From Macrostomum lignano (lineage: Eukaryota), in contig NIVC01000990.1 in the NCBI GenBank assembly GCA_002269645.1, forward strand, positions 124,001 through 188,000: 64,000 nt of DNA, read 5' to 3'. The stretch's first letter is position 1; each line of letters begins with the position of its first letter. Below, piece by piece: positions 49,375 through 61,179 of this stretch. A program made the translations under genes and the position numbers. The notes under the pieces are model-generated. The model saw nothing but the letters and a program-made list of their open reading frames with translations, ran no database searches and had not been told where the DNA came from.

Positions 49375-50949
49375 CTACTTTTGATCCTGCTTCTTTTCTT
49401 GAATCCACTTTCTTCTTGGGATCTCTTTCCGCTTCGGATCCTGTTTCATTTTTGTATCCTCTTTCTTTTTTGAATCCTTTTTCTTCTTAGGATCGTCTTT
49501 CTGCTTTGGATCCTGTTTCCTTTCTGTATCCTCTTTCTTCTTTGAATCCTTTTTCTTCTTAGAATCCTCTTTCTTCTTTGGATCGTCTTTCTTTTTTGGA
49601 TCTTGCTTTTTATTCTGATGCCGTTTCTGCTTCTTCCGCACGTTCCCCGGGCATATGATCTTCTTATTTATAGGTTGCCGTTTGTCTGGAACAATGTAGA
49701 CTCGAGTTCTTCTCAGCGACATCACGGATATTCCGAGGATGGAGGCGCGAGGGGAGCCGAACCACACCTCCGGAATGGCGCCGATTCTCTCAGCTATGCC
49801 GATGAATTCTTCTGCTAAAGCGTAGCGAAGGCGCACAGCCGATAGCGGCTTCGGCTGGGACAGCAGCGTCGAAACATTCGTCACAGGTAGACTGCGAGCA
49901 AACCTTTCTAGCTTAATATCAGCTGAGCGACCAATTACCTTGTCAATAGAGCTGTCGAGCAGAGTGACATTGAAACTGTTTAGAGCCATCCGACTCAGAT
50001 AGTTGTGGTAGAACGTCGAGCTGTACCCGTTTTTTCCTGACGAAACTCGCCCTCCGTTCCGCCCGATGTTGAACGTCCGGGACAGCTCGGGACGCACGCA
50101 GACCAGCCGATTATTCAGCATGTAGAGCCTCAGGAAGTCGTCGTACTGCGTCTTCGGCCAAACTTTCCTGACCTGCAGCCAGTGGCGCCGGTTGATCATC
50201 CAGCCGAGTCCCGGGAAGAAGTCAGTCCGGTGCAGCAGCTGTGGGTCCTCGGTCACGAGACCAATTTGACCGTTGTCGTTCCATGCGGACACGCAGAAGA
50301 TGCTCTCGTCCGAATCCAGCGCCCTTCGCAGCGAGCTGAAGTACTGGTAGAAATCCGGAGCAATCAGCAGGTCGTCCTCCATGAGCACTACGTAGGAGTA
50401 GTTCAGCTTCAGAATGAGATGGTCCAGCACGCGCAGGTAATGCCGCGCAATCTTTACGTAGGTGTCGCTTGAAGGTTTGAATTTGTGGCGCAACAGTTTA
50501 ACCTCCGGCGTCTCGATCTGCTACAGGACCTCGTTTGTTTGCTTTTCTGTGCCATCGAGCGATATCATGATGCGGAATCCGCTATCAGGCTTTTGAGCTA
50601 CCAACTGTCTCACCAGCTGATGCACTTCTGGCCTCGTAGCGGCTAGCACGATCACAGCAATCTCCTTTTTCTGCTGGGTATCTGGCGCTCGAACCGACGA
50701 GTTCGTAGAGCTCATTTGATGAAGACGAACTGCGGAGTTGCTTAAGGTCACATTAAAACTCCATGTACTACGAAAGCCAGTCGAATCAGTTGATATTTCT
50801 GGCTTCTGTTTTTCTGACGTCTTTTTAATATGATTATCCAGCATCACAAAAGGATGCAGCAGGCCCAGGGCCAGTAAGAAAGCCAGTATAAAAACTCTTT
50901 GCCTGCGCGTCGCGCACAGCCGGCTACGGCGCTGCAGGCAGTCGAGCAT
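49375..50949 (-). pseudogene. GT13 copy C with a premature stop and an in-frame 6-aa deletion
   Basis: CAG>TAG at 50521-50523; LSDDKS missing near 50490; the two ORF-track pieces are in the same frame. Confidence 0.88.
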
Positions 50950-51299
50950 TGGATGCTGTTTTTCGACGAAATCAAGTTGGGAAAAGAAGCACTGAGTAGC
51001 GACTTTTACTCAAGGGGCCATGAGTAGCTGAAAACGCATAAGCAGGCCAGCGTGTAGGAACTGAAGTCTGCTTATATACGAGCGTAGCTCCATGGCTTAG
51101 AATGTAAAACTTTACGCACAGACCCTATTAATAAACACTTCTCTTCTCTGTCCATGTGGATGTATCCCCCCAAGCGGTTGCAGTTAGGCGGGGGGTTAGG
51201 GTTACAGTTGCAGGACGGGAATATCAAAATTCTATCCCCGGAACGTCTGTTAGGAATTAAATTGGGATTGAAAAATGAGGGTATGGAGCATACATGTTA

Positions 51300-51520
51300 A
51301 TTAGGAATAAAATCCAGAGTGTGCCGTGGAGCTCATGACAGAAAAGGCATTCTGTATAACAGCCCCCTTTGACCCATGAGTGATGGCCAGATTTAAGGCG
51401 TGAGATACAGATGGGAAGTAGTCAGCAATTTCAAACTGCTCGCCATATCGTGTGCGAATTCTGTTTTTGACACCTCGGCTGGCACCTGACATGTTTGGCG
51501 TTCCATCTTATGTTTTCCAA
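51300..51520 (-). pseudogene. hAT transposase fragment
   Basis: DGTPNMSG and YFPSVSHALNL resemble the hAT DG..NMSG and Y.HC..H.LNL motifs. Confidence 0.7.
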
Positions 51521-51554
51521 CAATGTCTTATGTCCAACAGTCTGCAGATAAGTC

Positions 51555-51558
<4 letters not shown>

Positions 51559-51615
<57 letters not shown>
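51559..51615 (+). repeat. (AG)n microsatellite
   Basis: Directly visible. Confidence 0.97.
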
Positions 51616-51619
<4 letters not shown>

Positions 51620-53261
51620 GAGGGAATGTGATAAAAAGAGTAATAAACTGGACCTCTTCGTGCGCCAAGCGTAGGGAGAGGCCTATAATATCGATCGTGC
51701 AAACATTTCATTTTAAAGGATTCTCATAAATAATTTTCTTCCCTTGCTTTTTGGGTGCCCCGATAAGGGGCCCTATATATGGCTAGTTAGATCTAAGTTG
51801 AACACACAGAAGTGAGTAGGCTCAAGGCCCAAAACGGGTATGGTTATGTCAATAGACTGGGTTGAGTGCAAGATAAGATGAGTGTTGTAGGGTTAAATTC
51901 TCTTTACTGAAATCCCACCGCTTAGCTATCAATTTTTCGTAGGAGGGGTCGGGGGTTATTGGGAATTTTCGGGGTTTTCTTAGAATTCGGGGCGAACTGC
52001 GCAATTTATACTACTAACAGGAGTAAGCCGTAGGTTGCTCCTGGTGGCGTGGTGTGTCCGAGCGGCAAGACACAATCTATGTTAACTTAACTAGTCCGGG
52101 GGAGGGCTGCGCGATAGATCGGAGTTGCCTGGGAAACGGGGCGCACTAAGGGGAATTTTAATATTCAGCGGGGAATGCCTGGCATCAGGGAGTATTCAGA
52201 TGGGGAATTAAGAAGGCAATATGCCTAATCCGGGAATGAAGGGAGGCTAGAATTTTAGCCTTAGTAAGGAGGCAATATGCCTGATGTGGGAAGTAGATAG
52301 ATAACTTAGGCAATAGGCCTAGTGGGATAAGGAGGCGGTATGCCTGATGTGGGAGTTAAAGCCAGGGCAAACAAGGAGTCTGGTTGGGGAGTTGGCTGAT
52401 CGCCGAATCAAACTGAGGGGTCTGGGAGTAGGGGAAGGCTGTACGCCTGTTCGGCTTGGGATGAAAAAGGGGGGGTTGCAATTCGCCAGAAAGGGAAGGG
52501 GTTGTACGCTCTCGAGAGAGGAGTATAGGGGTAGAGGGGTGACTGCTTGCCTTTAAAGAACCGAGTCTGACTCAATAGCTATTTTTAGAACAAGGCGGCA
52601 CTAAGGCCTAATAGCTACGAGGCGGTAAGTCAGATCGCCAGGACGCAGGCAAGCGAGTACTCTTCTATCATATATTTAGCTTCTTTATATAGCAAAAATA
52701 ACAAAAATGGCGGACAATTATAAACAAATATTACGTCTCGAAATGGTTAGAAGATTGTAAGTTAGCAAAAATAGGAACTTATTAGCGCAAATATATATAT
52801 ATTCAGCATCATACTATTATTAGAACTATTTTAAGAATATTTCAAACGTTAAAAACGAGCTATAGAAGGAATAGGCAGAATATATAGACTTTATTGAGGC
52901 ACACAGAACATACTAAACAAATCAACTGTCTCATGAGGAGGGTTGAAGTGCACGACTAAGGAAAGAGGCGAAATCGCTTACAATTCCATGCCTTCTTCTA
53001 CCTAAGGTTGTTGTTTTGTTAATAGAAATTGTAAAATCGCATAATGCATTGCATAATGTAATTGTATAATTGCATAATGTAATTAACAATTGATAATATA
53101 ATTGGTAATAAGTTGAAAGTTAAATATTTAAACTTTCTAAGACAATTAGTGAACTTTAAAAAAGTATTAATTATACCCATGAAAAGATAACAAGGTTATC
53201 AATGAACTAATTGCCCAAAGGGTTACACTATACGAGCTAGTTAGTTTTTATTAGCCTAGTT

Positions 53262-54545
53262 GTTGTTGTTGTTAAACGAAAGGGTCCTAGGGGACCCGCG
53301 GATCAGCCCTGGGGTGGGCTCTGCCGCGAGGGGCACTTCCAGGGGCCAAGGCATTAACTGTCCAGGGCCCGAGATACCCCATGGATGCAATTGGATTGGA
53401 CCCGGCTTAAAGCGCGGGTGGGCGAGTTAGACCCAAACCTACGGTACAAGACACCGCCAAACCAACAGTGGAATCAGGGACGGTGCTAGGACCGAGTCCA
53501 CCCAGGCCACCCCCCAGCAGACAAGTCCTTGGGAGTGCGCGAAAAACAGAATTGGAATTACTGAAAAAGCCGTCCAAGAGCGGGGAAACCCAGAAGTCTT
53601 GGAAAAGGGCTAACTATTGGAGAGAGTCTGGGCAGCTATTTACCAAGAGCGATCCTATACAGCACCGGACAACTGCAGGTCTCGAGCCTCAAGGCTTTTC
53701 ACTACCCAGCTCTATTTTGGAGTGAGTCTGGAAGGCTTGTATCCGAGGGGGAGACTCCAGGCGGACAGCAGAACACCTCTGTTGCTACCAACCCAAGGGC
53801 ATCGCCTATCCAGCTCAATATTGGAGGCCAGGCCAAGGGGTCGGGAGAGAGGCACCCAGGGCAAGAGGACTCCGGACTCAGCCGGTTGTCCCCGGTTCGG
53901 GACGAACATCCTTCCCAGGACACCAATCCACTGTCAGGATGAGAGCCAGAGACACGCAAGCAGGGACCTTGCAGCAGGAGCCAGGAGATGGACCCGAGGA
54001 CAGGGCAAGATGGACCGGGCAAGGGCAGAGCTCATAACTCCGAACATTGGAAGGCTTCTAGTGGCCAGATAAAAGATTAAAAAGATAAAAGCCACAAAGG
54101 CACAAAGCTAAGGGATAAAACAGCGCTGGGATGCCAGCCCAGAAAAAAAGAATGGCAGAAGGAGGAGCACCATAGCCCTAAAGCAGGCAGCTTGCCGACC
54201 TGCAGCCCGGGTGCTCAGCCTCAGGGCTGGCAGTCTACTGGGTCTACCGTACACCTTTGTGAATTGGTCATGCTTTCCTGCAGGGCGGGTACGACCGGGG
54301 GGCTCAAGTCCCGACCTAGCCACACTGCAGTCCAGAGAACCTACTCACTCCGGGCACCACCCCCCCTAAACCAGGGCCGAGGGCCGAAATTGGATATAGA
54401 GAGAAAAAATAGGGTTTATTTTTAGAACGGGCACAGCCCCTCCGGGGCGGACCCTTAGAAATTGGCATAGCCAATCGGATTGCGCACAACCCTTAGACAA
54501 GCTACCAGAGAGGCAACCAGGGTAAAAACAGTCAGAGACCGTCTT
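53262..54545 (-). mobile_element. Non-coding dispersed element, copy 2, ending in an (AAC)n tail on the - strand
   Basis: (TTG)4 at ~53260-53272; collinear blocks shared with 31460-32465. Confidence 0.55.
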
Positions 54546-55087
54546 CTTTATTAGCCTAGTTGCAGTTATAGATGTTATTTTCTTTAGATATGCCACTTTG
54601 TATGGCGGAAATAGGGAAAGCGCGACCGCTGTTTTTCGTCACTTAGGTTGCTTAAATTTTGAGTTTAGTAGCTTATTAGGGTCATAGACGCTATTTTTTG
54701 AGAATGTGATGGAACTTTTCCTGAAATAAATAAAAAGCTACTCAATCAAACTAAGAATGCTGCAGAGACTACTGACGAAATTGAGTTCAGTAGTTGATTT
54801 TCGCGCTGTCGCGAGTTGCAGAATTTCTCACATAGGCTTCTATGGCCACATAAGCGGTTATTGAGTGGCCCATCTTGTGTATATATGATATTTGGTTGCA
54901 GTAGCATAAAAGGAAACTATGGTAGTTCCTCTGAATAAATATATGCACGACTTGTTGACAGTTGCTTTCACGAGCTAATTTTGTTCATTCTGCATGCCCA
55001 CGCAGTGCAAATTACATGTAGATCAGGGGTTGGCAAACTCTTAGTCTCCAGAGCCACATAGGGAACCTAGCACATGACTGTGGACCA

Positions 55088-55926
55088 GAGGAGAGGAAAA
55101 AGGAGATGGAGTAGAAAAGAGAGGAAAGAAGAGAGAGGAGCGAGGAGAGGAGAGGAGAGGAGAGGAGAGGAGAGGAGAGGAGAGGAGAGGAGAGGAAAGG
55201 AGAGAAAATGAGGGGAGAGGAGGGAGAGGAGAGGAGAGGAGAAGAGAAGAGAAGAGAGGAGAGGAGAGGAGAGGAGAGGAGAGGAGAGGAGAGGAGAGGA
55301 GAGGAGAGGAGAGAGAGGAGAGGAGAGGAGAGGAGAGGAGAGGAGAGGAGAGGAGAGGCTAGGAGAGGAGAGGCTAGGAGAGGAGAGGCTAGGAGAGGAG
55401 AGGAGAGGAGAGGAGAGGAGAGGAGAGGAGAGGAGAGGAGAGGAGAGGAGAGGAGAGGAGAGGAGAGGAGAGGAGAGGAGAGGAGAGGAGAAGAGAAGAG
55501 AAGAGAGGAGAAGAGAGGAGAGGAGAGGAGGGGAGAGGCTAGGAGAGGAGAGAAGAGAGGAGAGGAGAGGAGAGGAGAGAGAGAAGAGAGGAGAGGAGAG
55601 GAGAGGAGAAGAGAAGAGAGGAGAAGAGAGGAGAGGAGAGGAGGGGAGAGGCTAGGAGAGGAGAGGAGAAGAGAGGAGAGGAGGGGAGAGGCTAGGAGAG
55701 GAGAAGAGAAGAGAGGAGAGGAGAGGAGAGGAGAGGAGAAGAGAAGAGAGGAGAAGAGAGGAGAGGAGAGGAGGGGAGAGGCTAGGAGAGGAGAGGAGAA
55801 GAGAGGAGAGGAGGGGAGAGGCTAGGAGAGGAGAAGAGAAGAGAGGAGAGGAGGGGAGAGGCTAGGAGAGGAGAAGAGAGGAGAGCAGAGGAGAGAGAGA
55901 GAGAGGTAGAGAGAGAGAGAAGAGAG
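55088..55926 (+). repeat. (GAGGA)n/(GA)n purine microsatellite
   Basis: Directly visible; explains the spurious ORF at 55208-55825. Confidence 0.97.
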
Positions 55927-55972
55927 GTCACGGCGTGTTTAAAAAAATCAAAGACTTAATTAATTTAATATG

Positions 55973-56010
55973 GGCTACCGGTTTCGAGCCTCTGGGCTCT
56001 TCGTCAGGCC
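55973..56010 (-). ncRNA. Minimal type I hammerhead ribozyme
   Basis: GGC-CUGACGA-A-GAGCC(CAGA)GGCUC-GAAA-CCG-GUA-GCC: intact core, 5-bp stem II, palindromic minimal stem III, 3-bp stem I, GUA cleavage triplet. Confidence 0.85.
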
Positions 56011-56385
56011 AAAAAATCTGTGTGTCATGCAATTCAAGTTGGTCTTTTAAGTATTATTTTTCTTAGTCTGATAGAATTGATGAGTAGTTGTACATATGAG
56101 GGATGTACATTTAAAACCCTGTTTTGCCTAGCTCTAACTTGTCCCAGAGGCTTTCCACCATTCATTTTAAACGACAGTATATTTGTTATAAAAAATTGTT
56201 ATTTCGAAGTACTATACGATATGCGATACTATACGATTAGATGAAATGCCGGTATTGGGGGTAGGAGCATAAAAATCAATATTGAGCGTACAATTAAGCA
56301 GTTTGAATAAAATAAAATAAAATAAATGACACGTGAATAAATATTGTACTTTAATAGGGTGAAAATAGCGCATTGGTTAAAATGA

Positions 56386-58622
56386 TTAAATGTTTCCTGG
56401 CTGAGACTTGAACTTATTGGGAGCCAGGAGGCTCTGTAAGTTACGTTGCCGTGTAAAAGCGGGCAGTATGCGGGAGCCTGGTTTATTTTGTAGCTTATCA
56501 AAGTTTTTAGCAATCTCGTTGGCAAGCCAGACCGTAGATGGGTGAAAAGGAAGGACCATTGGGATGGGTCGGAGAAGATGATTGTCGACCCTGATGTTCG
56601 TACCTGGCGGTTTGTCAGTCCCTAGTTTTTTAATCCAGATTTCTTCCCTTAGTTCGATTTTGTTGTTATTAAGAACTTGTTCGATAGCAATGGAGACAAA
56701 GTTTGCAATTGAGTGATTGGGGGTGAGAAAGTGCTCTGACCCCGAAGTTACGACTCTCCTGTTAATATTTGACCTGTGCTGGTTCATTCTATCTCTCATT
56801 GTTCTTCTAGTCATCCCTACATAGAAGATTTTCCCAGGGTGGCACTGGTTGCAGGAGATGCCATAGATGATGTTCTTGGAGCCACAGGACAGGCTCTGAG
56901 AGATTAAAAAACCAGAAGCCGGTTGCAGTCCCTGGGCGGAGAGAGCAGGCGGTGAGTGGGTGCAGCATTTGCAACGGGATGACCCACAGGGATGGAACCC
57001 TTTGGGAAGCAGACCCAGATTGGTCGTTGGTCCTGCAGTCCAGTTCATAAGTATGAGGACCTCCTTTTTGCAGTTTCTAAGAAAAATCTTCGAGTAGCCT
57101 AATTGCTTGAGTTCCGATTTTAAAGAATTGAAAGCACGGTTGAAAGACTTGTAGTCATCACAGATTCGAGCGTACCGAAGGACTTGGGATTTTACTACCC
57201 CTTGAAGGTGTGTGACGGATGGAAGGACTGTCGGTGCAACAATCTATGAGTGTCTGTTTCTTTTGAAAACAGTTGTGTTGTGAAGCGGTTTTCAGCTTTC
57301 CTGATGGTCATGTCAAGGAAACTGACCTCAGTTGATGAGGAGCTGACGGTGAGTTTGATGTTGGGGTTGATTGAATTTAGGTGTACAACAAATTCTGTCA
57401 GAGTTTCAGCCGGGTGGTCCCAGTGAATGAAGATATCATCTATGTACCTAAAATAGATGTTCGGCTTATAAAGAGCAGTTCTCAGGGCAGTTTCCTCCCA
57501 GAGGCTCATGAAGAGACAGGCATAGCTGGGCGCAAATATGCGCCCCATGGCTGTGCCTCTAAGTTGTAGGAAAATCATTTTGTCAAATTCAAAGTCATTC
57601 CTGTACAAACACAATTCCAGTAGCTTTATTATTTCAGCATCCGGTCTAATGGGATCCGGGTATCGGTTAAAGAATTCCTGGATCGCTGCAATGCCCTGAT
57701 CTATTGGGATCATGGAGTACAGACTCTGGACATCACAGGTTGCCAGAGTCGAACCTTCCGTGCAGCTTTTATCCATAAGGTGTGCCTTGAAGTCATAGGA
57801 GTCCTTAATGAAAGTGGGTTGCGCTTGGGCAATCGGTTTAAGAAAGAAGTCTATGTACTTTTCTGCCCCAATTGCTTCAGAACTACATCCGCTCACAATA
57901 GGTCTGCCTGCTGGGACCCGAAAGGGGATCAGCCAGGTGGCCGGGTCCTTGTGAATTTTTGGGAGCAGGTAGAAATGCCGGGGACGGAAGTTCTCTCCGG
58001 GACAAAGAAATGCACACTGTTTCTTAGATATGAACTTTCTGTTACATAAATTGAGGAAGATCCCCCTAATAAGTTCCGCAGTCACGGGTTGCAATGGCTG
58101 GTCCAGCTGTTGATAGGCATCAGTGTCAAACAGTTGGTTGTAGGCTGCAAATTCGTAGTCCTTAGGGTGCATGATGACCACTGCGTTGCCTTTGTCCGCC
58201 TTTTTTATAAGGACGGAGCTGTTTCGCTTGAGCCTCTGAATCGCCCTGGTCTCTGGTGCCTCTAGGTTGCTTTTGATCTGTACCGTTGTCAAATTCTCTA
58301 CCAGATTTTGGTTCTCAAGTACCAACAAGTTGCACTCATCCCTTCTAAGTCTGAGGGGAACCTCCTTCCCTGATTTCCCGGTGAAGGGGGGCGGGCTGGT
58401 ATTGGCGAGACCCCTCTTTTTGAAAAAGTCTTTCCAGAAAAGTTTACGATGAAATTCCGTCATGCAGTTCCTCAACTCATCGAAATCAAGGGCTTGGGTT
58501 GGGATAAAATTGAGTCCCTTATCTAGCAGCCTCGTCTCAGACTCGGAGAGTTTGAAGGTAGGGTGTAGATTTAAAATGTTGCCTTCCAGTTTGGGAGGCC
58601 TACAGTAGTCAGCTAGTTTAAA
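56386..58622 (-). CDS. Penelope RT-GIY-YIG frame, broken by a 1-nt deletion in a G run near 57198
   Basis: Restoring one G converts FKG* into FKGVVKSQVLRYARIC and joins ORFs 57195-58475 and 56386-57048. The frame is open upstream beyond 58622. Confidence 0.8.
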
Positions 58623-59404
58623 GTTCTCAGCCAGGAAGCCAGCGCCAGTATAAAGTCCGGCGCTGAGAAGGATACAATTGGTTTAAGAGGAGGAGAGGCA
58701 ATAAGAGTAACAGGTGAGAGTTTCTTACTCAGAGATTGAGTCAATTCTTCACCGCTGGCAAAGGACGGAACCAGAAGGATCTTACGTGTCAGACTGTCCG
58801 CTCTGAGTAGATCGATAGCCTCAGAGAGCAACTCTCGCCAGTGGTCTGTGCTGAGCAGCTCGTCCGGCAGGACCAGCACCGTTGACTGAGCGCATTGCCG
58901 GTTCCGCAGGGCAGCCGACCTCAGTAGGGATGGTAAGGCTGATAGTGAGTACTCATGTACCTCTGTGATTGCCGGCAGTTTGAGGCCCTCGAAAGGCTTT
59001 GGGCAGAGTACCAGGTTCCGGCAGTCCCTGCTGATGATGAGCGAAACAGGTTGCTCAAAGGTGCTGGGTGAGTCATTCAGATGCGGCCTGTGGCGTTCCG
59101 GACCACCAGGGGAGTCTTCAGAGTCCGGCGATGGTAAGCGGCGTTTGGCAGGTGAAGCAGGCAGTCCCACCCGTGGAAGAGGCGGGGTCACAAAGAGGTC
59201 GTCAGCTGCCGACGTACAGCCGTTCTCAGGTGAGGCGACTTCGGTGGTCCCGCCTGCCGCCGGACTGCCGTCCGAAGCCGCAACCGCAGCCGCTGAGGGG
59301 TCGTTGCTGATCGTCGCATCGGCGCTCGCTGCCACGTCCCCGATGGTCGTCGCGCCGCCGTCCACTACCGAGTCGGCGTTGGTCTCCGTGCTCGTGCTTG
59401 CCGG
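58613..59404 (-). CDS. Penelope upstream ORF1 (acidic/Pro-rich plus a globular segment), 5'-truncated
   Basis: 250+ codon open frame that continues up to the microsatellite junction at 59404 and overlaps the RT frame. Confidence 0.65.
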   Translation of the reverse strand, partial: PASTSTETNADSVVDGGATTIGDVAASADATISNDPSAAAVAASDGSPAAGGTTEVASPENGCTSAADDLFVTPPLPRVGLPASPAKRRLPSPDSEDSPGGPERHRPHLNDSPSTFEQPVSLIISRDCRNLVLCPKPFEGLKLPAITEVHEYSLSALPSLLRSAALRNRQCAQSTVLVLPDELLSTDHWRELLSEAIDLLRADSLTRKILLVPSFASGEELTQSLSKKLSPVTLIASPPLKPIVSFSAPDFILALASWLRTLN

Positions 59405-59570
<166 letters not shown>

Positions 59571-60259
59571 CTAGAGAAGAGAACTGAAATGAGACACCAA
59601 CCTTGAGGCCGAATTGCTATTGTGAAGTTTCAAAGGACCTGAGGGCCCAAGATAGAGAGGCGTGGCGGGCCGCATGTGGCCCGCAGGCCGGAGTTGTCTC
59701 TAGGTTAGACGAAACGCTAACTTATAAATCTCGAATAAAGACCACAGATACTAGACCAACCAAAATCTGCGAGTCTGGAGTCCAGACGTTGGGATATGGG
59801 GGTTTATTGCTATAAAAACTGACAACCTTCTGGATCTCTCCAATACATTTTGAAGAAAAATTTGCAATGTTTACACAGAATGCCGAATCGAACATTTTTT
59901 GAAGCCGAATTTAAAATTCATGCTTACTATTGTTAAGTTTAGTCAGTAGTATCAAGCAACTTACAATCACTCGATTTGATTCCAAGAGCAGTTACGAAGC
60001 TTAACGTTACATCGAGGCTCAATGAACAAATGGGTCAATTGTATAGTAAGTACATCGTGTTCCGCCCTCGCACAGATAGCATAAGTTGTGTTTTCTCTCT
60101 CCAAATGCCATAGTCTATGTGAATAAGGCAAAAGCGCGTCCTCTCCTTTTGAATTCCGTGCATCGAAAATTTGCATTACCGCTAGCTCGCTAGCTGCAAC
60201 GCATGCAAGCCAAATCACCTCGCCCAGCCAGTTGTCCAACATGAAGACAATCAGGTCGG

Positions 60260-61179
60260 GGGCTGGCCGCCCTGGAGACGCTGGCGAGCCTCCCGCCTGC
60301 CGACCTGGAGCTCTGGACAGACGGTTCAGCCTCCGGGGGCACCCTCAACGGCGGAGCGGGGGCGGTCATCTTCAGCAAGACCGCGCCGCCAGTCCACCTG
60401 TCGCAGGCTGCGGGCCGTTACTCTTCCTCCTTCCGTGCCGAGGAGTCGGCTCTCCGGCTGGGGCTTCAGCACGTCGCCTCCAGGCCGGACCTTGCCTCCC
60501 TGAGCGGCCTCCGCTGCCTGACGGACTCGCAGTCCCTGCTCCGAGCCCTCGAGAAGGGACCGTCCAAGTCCTCCTCGCCAGCGTGCCGGGAGATCTGGAC
60601 GCTGCTGACCCACGTCGCCGCCCGCTTCCCAATCTGGCTGCAATGGGTCCCCAGCCACTGCGACCTCCGGCGGAACGATGCTGCGGACGTCACCGCCAAG
60701 ACCGCGGCCGGCCTCCCCCAGAACGAGACGCCGATCGACTTCGGGTCAGCGCGGGCCGCCCTCCGCCGGGTCCTCGCCGAGCGCACCCGCGAAGCCAACG
60801 CGGCCGACCCGCACTGCGCCACCCACCGTCTGGCAACCGCCATCGCCGCCCCGCGGCCACGCCTAAACCGGGCCGACGCGGTGACCCTCGCCCAGCTGCG
60901 CACGGGCCACTCACCGCTCCTGCGCTGGTATCGGCACCGGATCGGCCTGGACACCGCCGCCACCTGCCCCCGCTGCGGGGCCGCCGACGAAGACGTGGCC
61001 CACGTCCTCCTGCACTGCCGGGCCCTTGACGACCTTCGGGCCCGCACCCTAGGGCCAAACCCGTCCCTGGCCGTCCTCTCGACGGACGGCCTCCGCGCGC
61101 TCGATTTCCTCCGCACGGTAGGGGCGCAGACACGCCCCCCGGATCCAACCGGCCGGGAGTAACAACAACAACAACAACA
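60260..61179 (+). mobile_element. 3' end of an RNase H-bearing non-LTR retrotransposon (I-group-like) with (ACA)n tail
   Basis: WTDGS, RAEE, TDSQS and WVPSHC..RND RNase H motifs; CPRC...ED..H.L.HC zinc finger; stop at 61162 followed by (ACA)n; one frameshift near 60465. Confidence 0.9.

Larger units (their letters stand above)
55927..59404 (-). mobile_element. Penelope-like retroelement (ORF1 + RT + GIY-YIG), 5'-truncated
   Basis: KGLNFIP, GTAMG, YFRYIDD and FLDM RT motifs; GIY-YIG block IIYGISC...FYVGMT...R..QH; hammerhead in the 3' UTR. Confidence 0.92.

Noticed and set aside
55208-55825. 205-aa E/R/G-rich ORF
   Set aside because: Translation of a purine microsatellite.
59033-59048. CTGATGA...GAAAC hammerhead-like core on the + strand
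   Set aside because: No stem II can form, and it lies antisense within ORF1.
60190-61148. Overlapping GC-rich ORFs such as 60232-61029
   Set aside because: Off-frame readings of the RNase H LINE fragment.
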